Below are positions 10,695-21,066 of a stretch of DNA of 64,000 nucleotides, piece after piece; within the stretch, counting starts at the first letter, position 1, and each line of letters opens with the position of its first letter. The notes beneath the pieces are model-generated. The model saw only the letters and a list, made by a program, of their open reading frames with translations, searched no databases and was not told where the DNA came from. The position numbers and the translations under genes were made by a program. Source of the stretch: Candidatus Methanomethylicia archaeon (lineage in GTDB: Archaea; Thermoproteota; Methanomethylicia; CALHIW01); NCBI GenBank assembly GCA_038845975.1, contig JAWBQF010000001.1:96743-160742 (forward strand), given 5' to 3'.

Positions 10695-11453
10695 ATGATT
10701 TCTATGAGTGAACAGACTGGAAATGTTAAGGTTGTTGTAGTTTTCCCTACAAGAAATGAAGAGAAAACAATAACCACATGTATTGAAGCTGCTAAGAAGA
10801 GTAAGTATAATCCTTTAGTTCTAGTTGTTAATGGACATTCAACAGATCATACTCGCGAATTAGCTGAAAAATCCGGAGCTGAAGTAGTTTTAACATCTAA
10901 ACGTATGCATCCAGGGAAAGGATTAGCTATGAAGACAGGTATTGCGGAGGCTCTTAAGAAGAATCCAGACGTAATTGTTTTTCTAGATGCTGATATTGAA
11001 AATCTAACACATGAATGGATTGATAAACTTGTTGACTGTATTACTGTTGAGGGTTATGATATAGCTAGAGGAGCATACTTTAGAGCACCGCAAGATGCAC
11101 CTGTAACAAAACTTGTTGCTAAGAGGCTATTATGGATATTTTTCCCTGAAATCTCACATTTCGAACAGCCTCTTACAGGCGAGGTAGCGGCTAAAGCTGA
11201 AGTCTGGAAAACACTTCTTGAAAAGAATTTACCTGATGGATGGGGTATAGATGTTGCAATTCTTATTGAAACTGAAATGATGGGCTATCGAATTAAGGAG
11301 GTATTCTTAGGGTTTAAACAGCATCGCTCATACCGCTCCTATATTGAGGATGTTGGAAAACTTGGAAGAATGAGTGAACAAGTTGCAGCTACAATAATTA
11401 AGCTTGCGAAGAAATATGGAAGAATTGATAATGTAGATGTAATACCAACATGA
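10695..11453 (+). CDS. GT-A glycosyltransferase, glucosyl-3-phosphoglycerate synthase-like
   Basis: PTRNEE, GKG.AM, DAD, QPLTGE, GWGIDV. Confidence 0.65.
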   Translation: MISMSEQTGNVKVVVVFPTRNEEKTITTCIEAAKKSKYNPLVLVVNGHSTDHTRELAEKSGAEVVLTSKRMHPGKGLAMKTGIAEALKKNPDVIVFLDADIENLTHEWIDKLVDCITVEGYDIARGAYFRAPQDAPVTKLVAKRLLWIFFPEISHFEQPLTGEVAAKAEVWKTLLEKNLPDGWGIDVAILIETEMMGYRIKEVFLGFKQHRSYRSYIEDVGKLGRMSEQVAATIIKLAKKYGRIDNVDVIPT

Positions 11454-11535
11454 TTAACTAGAAAACAAAGTAAGCTAATCATAAATGAGTATTAAAAACA
11501 CCACGTTAGAATAAGCTTTACATCTACCTCTACAT

Positions 11536-12065
11536 GTCCTGTCGGCTTCAGATGCTTTGCACCGTTTTCACGCCTCTATTGCCGGACTTCATTTTATCTA
11601 TTCTTTACTTTCTACATGATATTGATTATTAGTAATACTTATCCAATTTAATAAGTCATGTATGCTATATTATCTCCTAGCATGCTCTAATAGCTTCCTA
11701 CATTTACGCTATGTTTCTAATAGAGTTTCTAAGCATCTCATTTACTCTCTACAATATCTTGTATCTATTAACCTTAATCCTCATCTAAAGCTATAGCTCC
11801 CTAAGATTTTAATGGATTCATATCTATCTTCCTAAACTTATTTATCCTTACAAATAGCTTCTTAGAAAACTATGATCAAATAATGCTTTAAAACCTACTT
11901 AAACATCTAGTATGAATGTTATACCAAGAATCTTAACCTAATGGAATCTTACTTCTCTCAAATATTCCAGGATTCCTACTAAGTACCTAATTAAACAAAC
12001 AATAAAATGTTTAAAATGGATTAAAATAGAAACATAGGAACTATTATGTTTTAAGTTACAGGTAT
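11536..12065 (-). mobile_element. Heavily degraded transposase remnant, possibly a second IS6-type element
   Basis: Minus-strand fragments RNPGIFERSKIP and AIALDE.IKVN with many stops. Boundaries approximate. Confidence 0.3.
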
Positions 12066-12072
12066 TCTATAG

Positions 12073-12966
12073 CTAGTTTACACTATGTTTTAAAGTTGAT
12101 CGTATAATGTAGTTTTTCCTTCTACATATTGGAAGAAGGAATAGAGCTTTATGAGTAGCGCCTGAGTAGAAGTAGGTTTTAACATTACGTATTTTAAGCC
12201 GATCATTGATGTCCTCGATAGTTAAAGATGCTGGATCATATTTTTTCGATCCTATAATAAAGTTGCAAGCATAACCAAACGATGGTATCCATACATTGTA
12301 TTCACGAACTATAGGGAATACTGAATTAATATTTTGAAGTATAAAGTCATATGTTTCCTCGTAGTAGAATGAATTACCAGCTTGTGTAACCATTAAACCA
12401 TCATCAGTTAAGACTTTATAAACCTCTCTATAGAATTGACCAGTATATAGCTCACGAGCTATTTCCGGACCATAGGGATCTGTAAGGTCTATAACTACTA
12501 CATCAAATATGTTATTAGTTACCTTTACATATTCCTTACCATCCATAATTATTTTTTCAGCCCGACTATCTTTAAATGATCCCTGATGCATAACTTCAAG
12601 ATCTCTTTCAGCATAGTTAACAAGTTCACCATCTATATCAACCATAACAGCTCTACTAACTGTTGAATGTTTAAGAACTTCCCTTAATGTTGCTCCTTCA
12701 CCACCACCTATAATTAAGATGTTTCTAGGTTCTACATGGGTAGTCATTATGGGATGAGTAAGCGATTCATGATATATGTATTCATCAGCTTCAGTTGACT
12801 GAACAAGATCATCAAGTACTAAGGCTCTTCCATACTCGTCAAACTCTACTATAATTAGATTCTGATATTTTGTTTTGACGTTAGTAATAACTCTCCTTAA
12901 TTTCATCATTAATGCAGTACCTTCCGAAACAGATTGTAGTAGTACAACTGGTCTAGGTAACACCAT
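12073..12966 (-). CDS. speE: Polyamine aminopropyltransferase (spermidine/agmatine type)
   Basis: KTKYQ, QSTEADEYIYHE, IIGGGEGATLRE, DLTDP. Confidence 0.9.
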   Translation of the reverse strand: MVLPRPVVLLQSVSEGTALMMKLRRVITNVKTKYQNLIIVEFDEYGRALVLDDLVQSTEADEYIYHESLTHPIMTTHVEPRNILIIGGGEGATLREVLKHSTVSRAVMVDIDGELVNYAERDLEVMHQGSFKDSRAEKIIMDGKEYVKVTNNIFDVVVIDLTDPYGPEIARELYTGQFYREVYKVLTDDGLMVTQAGNSFYYEETYDFILQNINSVFPIVREYNVWIPSFGYACNFIIGSKKYDPASLTIEDINDRLKIRNVKTYFYSGATHKALFLLPICRRKNYIIRSTLKHSVN

Positions 12967-13485
12967 ATAAACCCTAACTAAAAACTATTATTTAAACTAT
13001 TCTCAAAACATTAGGGCTCTGTGAACTTTAGACATGATAAGTATATATGGTTAATGGCTTAAGTTCATAAAGCCAGTATTAGAATGAAGCAATTCAATAA
13101 TGGTTTAAGCCTGCTAAAATTTTCCACCTATAAATTCTACAATGCTTTATAAGTCTATATGATAACAAATCAGAAATTCATCCAATGGAAGAGATTATAC
13201 TGATTCTAGAAGCTGTAAATTAGTAAAGCTAATTACTCTACTTAAGGGTGGGATAGCTATAATGTTAGCCATTATAGTAGTTCATGAACTTTATACTTTA
13301 CCCTCTATGAATTAGCCTGGAACTTTACTGTAATGTCGATAGAGAATTCCTTAAGGATTTCATATGATCCTAAAGAAGGAAATAGAATTTAACATAACAG
13401 TAAACTACTACATGAATATATGAAGTTTCCAAACTACTATTAGTAAGCATCTCCTAAATAATTCTACTTAGTGTAGCTATAGATT

Positions 13486-16400
13486 CTACCATTCTGCATT
13501 TATTATCTTATGATATTCTTGAAGAGATATAACTGTGTAATCCTTAATACTTAGTCCTTTAACAAGTTCTTTTGCAACGCTTACTGTAGTTATTACTGGA
13601 ATAGCCATCTCCACAGCTTTTCTTCTAATCGTATACTCATCCATCATCACATTTTCATACTCCTCGATTTTTTCAGTAGCTGGAATATTGATTACTAGAT
13701 CTATTTTCCTATTGATTATATAGCTTAGAATATTTGGTTCTTTTTTCTCGCTAACTTTGTAAAGTGTCTTTACAGGTATTCCCCTACTTCTGAAATAGAA
13801 TGCTGTTCCAGGAGTGCAGTATATCTTATATCCTAATCTTTGAAGTTCTTTAACTATTGGTAGCATTTCTTCTTTAAGCTCATCGGTTCCTACACTTACA
13901 AGTATGGAGCCTTTAGGATTGGGTATTTTTAAGCCAACAGCTTGTGAAGCCTTCATTAACGCTTCATGAAGACTCCATCCTATACATGCAACTTCACCTG
14001 TGGACTTCATTTCAACACCTAGAATAGGATCTGCACCATCAATCTGCATGAAGGAGAATTGTGGAGCCTTAACACCAACATATGGTATAGTAGGATCACT
14101 AACTCCACTAATGCTTAAACCTAGAATAGCTTTTGCAGCATACTTCATAAGATTTACTCCCTTAACTTTAGATACGAAAGGCATTGATCTTGAAGCTCTA
14201 AGATTACATTCAATAACGTAAACTACATCGTCCTTCACTAAATACTGAATATTAAAAGGCCCCTTAACATTTAGTGCTTTAACAATTCTATACGTATACT
14301 CCTTAACCTTATCTATTAACTTCTTGGAGAGTCTTTGGGGAGGAATAACCATTATAGCATCACCGGAATGTATACCTGCAGGCTCAATATGTTCGATGAT
14401 AGCTCCTATAATAGTATTTACACCATCAGAGACGCCATCAACCTCAACCTCCATAGCGTTTGTTATGAATTTACTAATAACAACAGGATACTCTCTAGAA
14501 ATCTTAGCTGCTCTATAGAGATAACTTTCAAGCTGCTTTGAGTTCCAAGCAACCTTCATAGCAGTACCGCTTAAAACATAGGATGGCCTAACAAGAACAG
14601 GATAGCCGATTTTGGAGGAAAATTCTTTAGCCTCATTTATAGAGGTAAACTTAGCCCATGGAGGCTGAGGAATACTTAAAGAATCTAGGAGAGCACTAAA
14701 TTTAGCTCTATCCTCAGCCCTATCAACATCCTCTCCACGAGTTCCAAGAATTTTAATACCTGCTTCAGCAAGCTTAGGAGCGAGATTATTAGCAGTTTGA
14801 CCGCCAACACATGCTACAATACCTAGGGGATTCTCCTTCTCATAGATGTCTAAAACTCTTTCAAAAGTTAACTCTTCAAAGTATAATTTATCACTCATAT
14901 CATAGTCTGTTGAAACTGTTTCAGGATTACAATTAATAACGATAACCTCATCTATACCTAGATCTTTAAGAGCCCAAACCATATTCATAGTGCACCAGTC
15001 AAACTCTACTGAGCTACCAATACGATAGGTACCAGCACCTAACACTATGATTTTCCTATACTTTTTAAATTCAATATCGTCCTCAGATCCGCCGTAAGTT
15101 AAGTATAGATAGTTTGTTTTAGCAGGCCATTCAGCAGCTAAAGTATCGATTTGTTTAACAACGGGGGTAATACCATGCTTCTTTCTTAAACTTCTAACTT
15201 CAAACTCACTTAAACCAGTAATCTCACCAATCTGCTTATCTGAGAATCCTAGCCTCTTAGCTTCATGAACAACTTTAATAGCCTCTATACTGTTCATATC
15301 TCTTATTCTTCTAAGCTTCTCTTCAATATCAACTATGTTTTTAAGCTTCCAGATAAACCATGAATCAATCCATGTAAGCCTACTAATTCTCTCAACGCTT
15401 AAACCCATTTTTAAAGCTTTAATAATTGTGAAGAGTATTTCATCAGTTGGATTGGAGAGTTCATGTTCAATAAGCTCTATAGAGTGAGGTGAAGCATCAA
15501 TAGTTAAACCATTAAATCCTAAGTCAAGCATACGTATAGCCTTCTGAATAGCCTCCTCGAAACATCTACCAATAGCCATAACTTCACCGACAGATTTCAT
15601 TTGAGTTCTTAAGCGTCGATCAGCCATTTCAAACTTTGATAAATCCCATCTTGGAACTTTAACAACAACATAGTCAAGAGAGGGTTCAAAACATGCAGTT
15701 GTAATATTTGTAACTTTATTTAGAAGCTCAGGTAGAGTGTAGCCTATAGCAAGCTTAGCAGCCATATAGGCTAGAGGATAACCAGTAGCTTTAGAAGCTA
15801 AAGCAGAAGATCTTGAAAGTCTTGGATTAATCTCAATAACATAGTATTTCTCTGAGGTGGGATCTAATGCAAGCTGAACATTACACTCCCCAACAACTCC
15901 ACATGCTCTAGTGGCTTTAATTGATATATCTCTAAGTAGATAGTACTCCCTATTATTAAGAGTTTGGGAGGGAGCAATAACAATATTATCACCTGTATGA
16001 ACTCTCATTCCCAACATATTCTCCATATTACATACTGTAATACAGTTATCATTATAATCCCTCATAACCTCATACTCGATCTGCTTCCACCACCCAACAT
16101 ACTCCTCAATTAAAACCTGACCAATAAGACTATTAGCAATCCCTCTTCTAACAATTTCATCAAGCTCATAGGCGTTATAAGCAACACCTCCACCTCTACC
16201 TCCAAGATTATAGGCAACCCTAACAATAACGGGATATCCTATCTCTTCAGCAGCTTCTAAAGCATCCTTAACATTCCAAGCAGCCTTACTTTTAGGCATC
16301 AGTATACCATGCTTAAACATTGTTTCCCTAAACAGTTCACGATTAGAGGCTATATTAATACTTTCAATAGATGTACCTAAAACCTTAACATTATATCTAT

Positions 16401-16728
16401 CAAGAACACCACTCCTATAAAGCTCAAACCCACAGTTTAGAGCTGTCTGACCGCCAAACCCAAGTAGAATACCGTCAGGACGCTCCTTCTCAATAATCTT
16501 CTCAACAAAACTAGCTACTACAGGAACAAGATAAACCTTATCAGCCATTTTAGGATCTGTTTGAATAGTAGCAATATTAGGATTAACAAGAATAGTTTCA
16601 ATACCCTCCTCCCTTAATGCTTTAAGGGCCTGGGAACCTGAATAATCAAACTCTCCACATTCACCTATTTTTAGACTTCCAGATCCAAGTATAAGAGCTC
16701 TACGAATCCACTCGAACTTTGACATCAT
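13486..16728 (-). CDS. carB: Carbamoyl-phosphate synthase large subunit
   Basis: GEFDYSGSQA, two ATP-grasp domains, NPETVSTDYD, C-terminal MGS-like domain. Confidence 0.97.
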   Translation of the reverse strand: MMSKFEWIRRALILGSGSLKIGECGEFDYSGSQALKALREEGIETILVNPNIATIQTDPKMADKVYLVPVVASFVEKIIEKERPDGILLGFGGQTALNCGFELYRSGVLDRYNVKVLGTSIESINIASNRELFRETMFKHGILMPKSKAAWNVKDALEAAEEIGYPVIVRVAYNLGGRGGGVAYNAYELDEIVRRGIANSLIGQVLIEEYVGWWKQIEYEVMRDYNDNCITVCNMENMLGMRVHTGDNIVIAPSQTLNNREYYLLRDISIKATRACGVVGECNVQLALDPTSEKYYVIEINPRLSRSSALASKATGYPLAYMAAKLAIGYTLPELLNKVTNITTACFEPSLDYVVVKVPRWDLSKFEMADRRLRTQMKSVGEVMAIGRCFEEAIQKAIRMLDLGFNGLTIDASPHSIELIEHELSNPTDEILFTIIKALKMGLSVERISRLTWIDSWFIWKLKNIVDIEEKLRRIRDMNSIEAIKVVHEAKRLGFSDKQIGEITGLSEFEVRSLRKKHGITPVVKQIDTLAAEWPAKTNYLYLTYGGSEDDIEFKKYRKIIVLGAGTYRIGSSVEFDWCTMNMVWALKDLGIDEVIVINCNPETVSTDYDMSDKLYFEELTFERVLDIYEKENPLGIVACVGGQTANNLAPKLAEAGIKILGTRGEDVDRAEDRAKFSALLDSLSIPQPPWAKFTSINEAKEFSSKIGYPVLVRPSYVLSGTAMKVAWNSKQLESYLYRAAKISREYPVVISKFITNAMEVEVDGVSDGVNTIIGAIIEHIEPAGIHSGDAIMVIPPQRLSKKLIDKVKEYTYRIVKALNVKGPFNIQYLVKDDVVYVIECNLRASRSMPFVSKVKGVNLMKYAAKAILGLSISGVSDPTIPYVGVKAPQFSFMQIDGADPILGVEMKSTGEVACIGWSLHEALMKASQAVGLKIPNPKGSILVSVGTDELKEEMLPIVKELQRLGYKIYCTPGTAFYFRSRGIPVKTLYKVSEKKEPNILSYIINRKIDLVINIPATEKIEEYENVMMDEYTIRRKAVEMAIPVITTVSVAKELVKGLSIKDYTVISLQEYHKIINAEW

Positions 16729-16747
16729 AAATACATGAGAAAAAAGT

Positions 16748-16815
16748 ATAAAAACTTAATGTACTATATGAAACAACACCTAAATAGTTAATGTATTAAA
16801 CGTAATAGTTAATAC
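16748..16815 (-). promoter_or_regulatory. carB promoter/operator, near-duplicate of the argG upstream element
   Basis: Minus-strand TATA (TTTTTATA) about 25 bp before ATG. TTAATGTATTAAACGTAATA at 16788-16807 is identical to 36845-36864. Confidence 0.75.
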
Positions 16816-17003
16816 CATAGAAATAATTCATCAATTCATAACTCAGTAAATATCTTAATTCTAAATAAGAACTTAAATACTAATAGCTGTACTGATGAGT
16901 TATTCTCATTCTAAACAATAGGCTTCATTCATGATGCCCTTCACGAATATCTTAATACTTAAGCTAAACGTAATTATTAAATTCTCTATTTTAAACTTTA
17001 ATT

Positions 17004-17660
17004 ATGAATACTTCAAAGTTTGAAGATGATCTTGAAGATATCCTGGATAAATTAAAAAACAGAATAGATAATAAAGCCTTAAATGAACTGGATAGAATTA
17101 GGAGGAAGCTAGTGGAGCTTTATTTAAGAGGTATTGTTAAAACAAATCATTCAGTTATGGAGTTTATAGTTTCATGGTTTCTATTGAAGAAAGGCTATGA
17201 AAAGGTTGATGTTGAGCTAAATGTTGCTAGCGATCTAGTATGTGATGTATATGGTGTAAGAGGGGACTCCTCAATAATTGTGGAGGTTGAAACCGGATTT
17301 ACACCTCCAGAACATAGCTTAGACCCTATAACATACAATAAAGTAAGAGTTATAAGTAAAATTACTAGGTATAGCCACTACGCAGATAAATTCAGCTTAG
17401 CAGTACCACCATACTATCTAATACTGGAAATACCATTATGCTTTGTAAAGCCTCCATCAGCAAGAAAACTAGATGAAATTATTAGAGTGAAAAAATTATG
17501 CGATATTTACTATAGAAATCCACCAGTAACTATAGAACAAATAAAATATGCTAAACTACATACAATAATCATAATAAACGTCGATGATTTAGAAGTAGAG
17601 GAAGCAGATCCTGAAAGCTATCTAGATGTTGTTCTAAACAGGTATTTCAGTATTAGCTAG
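17004..17660 (+). CDS. Conserved archaeal hypothetical protein, PD-(D/E)XK-like fold
   Basis: Long clean ORF; E..V.CD..IIVEVETG pattern. Confidence 0.6.
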   Translation: MNTSKFEDDLEDILDKLKNRIDNKALNELDRIRRKLVELYLRGIVKTNHSVMEFIVSWFLLKKGYEKVDVELNVASDLVCDVYGVRGDSSIIVEVETGFTPPEHSLDPITYNKVRVISKITRYSHYADKFSLAVPPYYLILEIPLCFVKPPSARKLDEIIRVKKLCDIYYRNPPVTIEQIKYAKLHTIIIINVDDLEVEEADPESYLDVVLNRYFSIS

Positions 17661-17719
17661 ATAACTACTACAGTTATAAAATTACAGTACTTTACGAGGT
17701 CGCTAGAAAATTCACTTAG

Positions 17720-18493
17720 AAAAGTCATTACGAAACCATTTAAATCTTATCTGGAGCTTAGCAATTTAAGTAGGAGCTTATTAGGCTTCTTCTCTTAAGT
17801 TTAGGGTTAGTGGGCTTAGTTAATGATGTGTTTGTACTGAATATTATTTATATGTATTTGTTGCTGATATAAATAGATGGATATACTGTTAAGTATAGAT
17901 ATTACTTAACAGCATTAAAAGGCTTAAAATGGATGGAAATAGAAGTATGAAGGACAAATACTTAATACTTTTCTAAGAAAATGCTATTAGTAAGTTTTGA
18001 TAGGATTGCTATTAATAGTATAACTACCATTAAGGCTAGGAGAAACTGGTTAGATATTAGTAAGAATGTTAAGGATGCAAAGATATATGTAGTTATATTA
18101 TGTGAAGTCCTACTGTTAAGCGTTCAGATAAGGCCTAGAAATGAACATGACTTCAAACACTTCATAACTTCAGAAGATTTAAAGGTTAAACATAGTAGAT
18201 CTATAAGGTTACGAGGACTTAACAACAATACTAAGAGATAGGAGTTTACCTTAAGTGTAAAGGAATAAAGCAACATAGATGTTAATCTGAGGAATAGGAG
18301 AGAAGCTTAAATGTTTAAGACTATATGGACTCAATAGGGAAGATATAAGAAAACGAGAAACACTACTGAAAGATTCTTCGTATAAATAAAATATTCAGAG
18401 AATAACAATAAGATATAAGAGAGCTAACATCAATATTCCTAGCATTCATACAAATAGCGTAATAATATACCTGAAGGTTTTGCAGTAAGTTTA
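17720..18493 (+). mobile_element. Degraded IS5-family element
   Basis: Fragments IAINSITTIKA, VKDAKIYVV, NEHD and downstream ERFF..RI.IRY..FLAFIQIA-like sequence. Degenerate TIRs AAGTCATTACGAAACC (17722) / GGTTTTGCAGTAAGTT (18476), 11/16 match. Confidence 0.65.
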
Positions 18494-18536
18494 GAAGTAA
18501 CATAGAATTCCTTAAGTGAAATCTAGTTTAAGCTAT

Positions 18537-19472
18537 TTACCTTGTTAAACCCAATATTTTCCTTGCCTCATTTGGTGTTGCATTCTCCCTTCCTGTTACT
18601 TCGTATATCAGCATTTTCACCTTCTCTACTAGTTCAGCATTACTCTTCGCTAATACACCCTTTCTAAGATATAAATTGTCTTCTAATCCTACCCTTACAT
18701 GTCCACCCATTATAGCTGCTGTAATACATAATGGAAACTCATATCTTCCAGCTGCACATACAGACCATGTGTATCCACAATCTCCAAAAAGTCTATCTGC
18801 TGTTCGTTTTAGGTGTACTAGGTCTTCTACTGTTGCGCCAATCCCACCGAGAATGCCCATAACAAACTGTATATGTAATGGAGGTTTTAAAACACCATCA
18901 CTAAGCAGCTGGTAAGCATTATATAAGTGTGAAACATCATAGCATTCAAGCTCGGGTTTAGTTCCATTTTCATACATTACCTTACAGAAATGCTCTAAAT
19001 CAGCAAAAGTATTCTTGAATACGTAGTCCTTAGTCATTTCAAGATAGGGCTTTTCCCATGAATATTTCCACTCCCTAATCCTAGCAACATATGGATACAA
19101 TGCGAAATTCATTGACCCCATGTTGAAGGAAGCCATTTCAGGCTTAAGTTCTGGAACAACTTTAATTCTCTCCTCAGCAGTCATACCGAAACCTCCACCA
19201 GTTGTTATACAGATAATAACGTCAGATCTACATTTAATACTAGATACAACTTCACGGAAAAAATCTAAATTTGAAGTTGGCTTACCATTACTTGGATCTC
19301 TAACATGAATATGAACAATAGCAGCTCCAGCATCAGCAGCCTTAACAGCTTCATCAGCTATTTGCTTAGGAGTAATAGGTAGATAGGGAGTCATAGTAGG
19401 AGTATGAATGGAGCCTGTAATAGCAGCAGTAATAATAACTTTATCCATCATATCACATCTATACATATGCAT
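18537..19472 (-). CDS. Beta-keto acid cleavage enzyme (BKACE/DUF849, Kce-like)
   Basis: IITAAITG, HIHVRDP, TTGG, PEMASFN.GS, RVGLEDN. Confidence 0.9.
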   Translation of the reverse strand: MHMYRCDMMDKVIITAAITGSIHTPTMTPYLPITPKQIADEAVKAADAGAAIVHIHVRDPSNGKPTSNLDFFREVVSSIKCRSDVIICITTGGGFGMTAEERIKVVPELKPEMASFNMGSMNFALYPYVARIREWKYSWEKPYLEMTKDYVFKNTFADLEHFCKVMYENGTKPELECYDVSHLYNAYQLLSDGVLKPPLHIQFVMGILGGIGATVEDLVHLKRTADRLFGDCGYTWSVCAAGRYEFPLCITAAIMGGHVRVGLEDNLYLRKGVLAKSNAELVEKVKMLIYEVTGRENATPNEARKILGLTR

Positions 19473-19650
19473 AATTTAAATCTTACCATATTAAGAATGT
19501 TAACTCTAAGGTTTTGTTTAACTGTTCCTACTTGTACTGATATAATTGCAGTTATAAATTTTAGGAGAGACATTAAATAACTATCTCTCTGGATGGAGCC
19601 TGGATGATGAGTGAATTTAGCTTAATCTAACTGATTCATATGGTTTAGCT

Positions 19651-20613
19651 CTATACATGGAACATTTCTGGATTAGCTCTAACTTCATTAATGAAGTCTT
19701 CTACTAAAAGGTTAAGATCACTATATTTAGGTTTCCAGTTTAGCTCTCTTTCCAATCTACTACAATCCATATTTTTCGGCCAAGACTTTACGACTTCCAC
19801 AGCTAAAGGATCAGGTCTAAATTCTATACGTACATTCCTAACATATTTATTAACAACATCAGCAATCTCCCTAGCTGTTGGACTTGGAGTTAAGCCTGAT
19901 ACATTATATATTCTACTTTTAAGTCTTGAAATGTTTTCCAACGCTACTATAGCTAGATTAGCTACATCCTTAATATAAATTATTGGAAGACAAGCATCTT
20001 CAGGCACGTTAACCACATAGTCTTCTCCCTGAGCAGCTTTCTGAATTATAAGTGTGGAGTAGGCTGAGAAGCCACCATCTCTTCTTCCAGGCCCTATAAC
20101 TGATCCATATCTAAAAGCAGCAAAACCTATATTATATCTTCTGTAAAACCATAAACCAAGCATTTCACCATATTGCTTAGAAATACCATATAGAGTTTCA
20201 GGTATTGTATATGTATCCTCTCTTACAAATTCAGAAATATTTGATCCATAAACAGCAGCACTACTTGCAAATATGATAGCTTCAATACCTAGCTCCTTAG
20301 CAGTATTAAACACGTTCCAGGTACCTTCAAAGTTTACCTTAAACCCTTGATATGGATTCCTTTCAGCAGCTGCTGAAAGCAAAGCAGCATAATGCATAAT
20401 AGCATTAACCTTGTACTTCTTTATAGTTTCAACAAGTAAAACATTATCAGTAACATCACCTTGAACTATAACAACATCATTTCTAATATCTCTAATAAGA
20501 TTGTCGTTTACTACCACATCATAAATTACAACATTATAACCTGCTTTAACAAGACTTCGAGCTATATGAGACCCTATAAATCCGGAACCCCCAGTAATTA
20601 AAACCGTCCACAT
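19651..20613 (-). CDS. Extended SDR dehydrogenase (L-threonine/erythronate dehydrogenase-like)
   Basis: TGGSGFIG, AALLSAAAE, YGISK, SWP motif. Confidence 0.75.
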   Translation of the reverse strand: MWTVLITGGSGFIGSHIARSLVKAGYNVVIYDVVVNDNLIRDIRNDVVIVQGDVTDNVLLVETIKKYKVNAIMHYAALLSAAAERNPYQGFKVNFEGTWNVFNTAKELGIEAIIFASSAAVYGSNISEFVREDTYTIPETLYGISKQYGEMLGLWFYRRYNIGFAAFRYGSVIGPGRRDGGFSAYSTLIIQKAAQGEDYVVNVPEDACLPIIYIKDVANLAIVALENISRLKSRIYNVSGLTPSPTAREIADVVNKYVRNVRIEFRPDPLAVEVVKSWPKNMDCSRLERELNWKPKYSDLNLLVEDFINEVRANPEMFHV

Positions 20614-21066
20614 GGAAACACCAGTACAATACTACTAGCATACTTAAAAATCTACTAGCTATTGTAAGTGTAGGCTTAAAGAATTGATATTTACTATTTA
20701 AACAAGCTTTCAGATTATGTTTCGATAGTTACTCATGAATAAACAGTATCAACAATTACTCTCTACAGTTTAAGTAGAGATGTATAGCTAAATGCTAGTA
20801 TGAATGTTTGATAATATCTATAGGTGGAAGTTAACCAGTAGTATGGATTGGTGAAGTAGGCTTTGATAAAGCTTGAAGCTAATAACAGCTAATATTGTTT
20901 ACTTATATTTTAATGTAATGATTGTTAATTGTATTGGCTTAATTATATTAGATTAACATTATGAGACTGGTGAAAAGCTGATTAATTACTGGGAGTTAGT
21001 AGTAGATAGAGATTAGTAGAGCCATATTATTAACTAGATAAGATTTAGTATTGTCTGTTATGAAAT

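Noticed and set aside
16892-16955. CTGATGAG (hammerhead core or C box)
   Set aside because: No GAAA or closing stems for a hammerhead; D boxes are non-canonical.
19603-19634. GATGATGA...CTGA
   Set aside because: Only one box pair, too short for a full C/D guide RNA.
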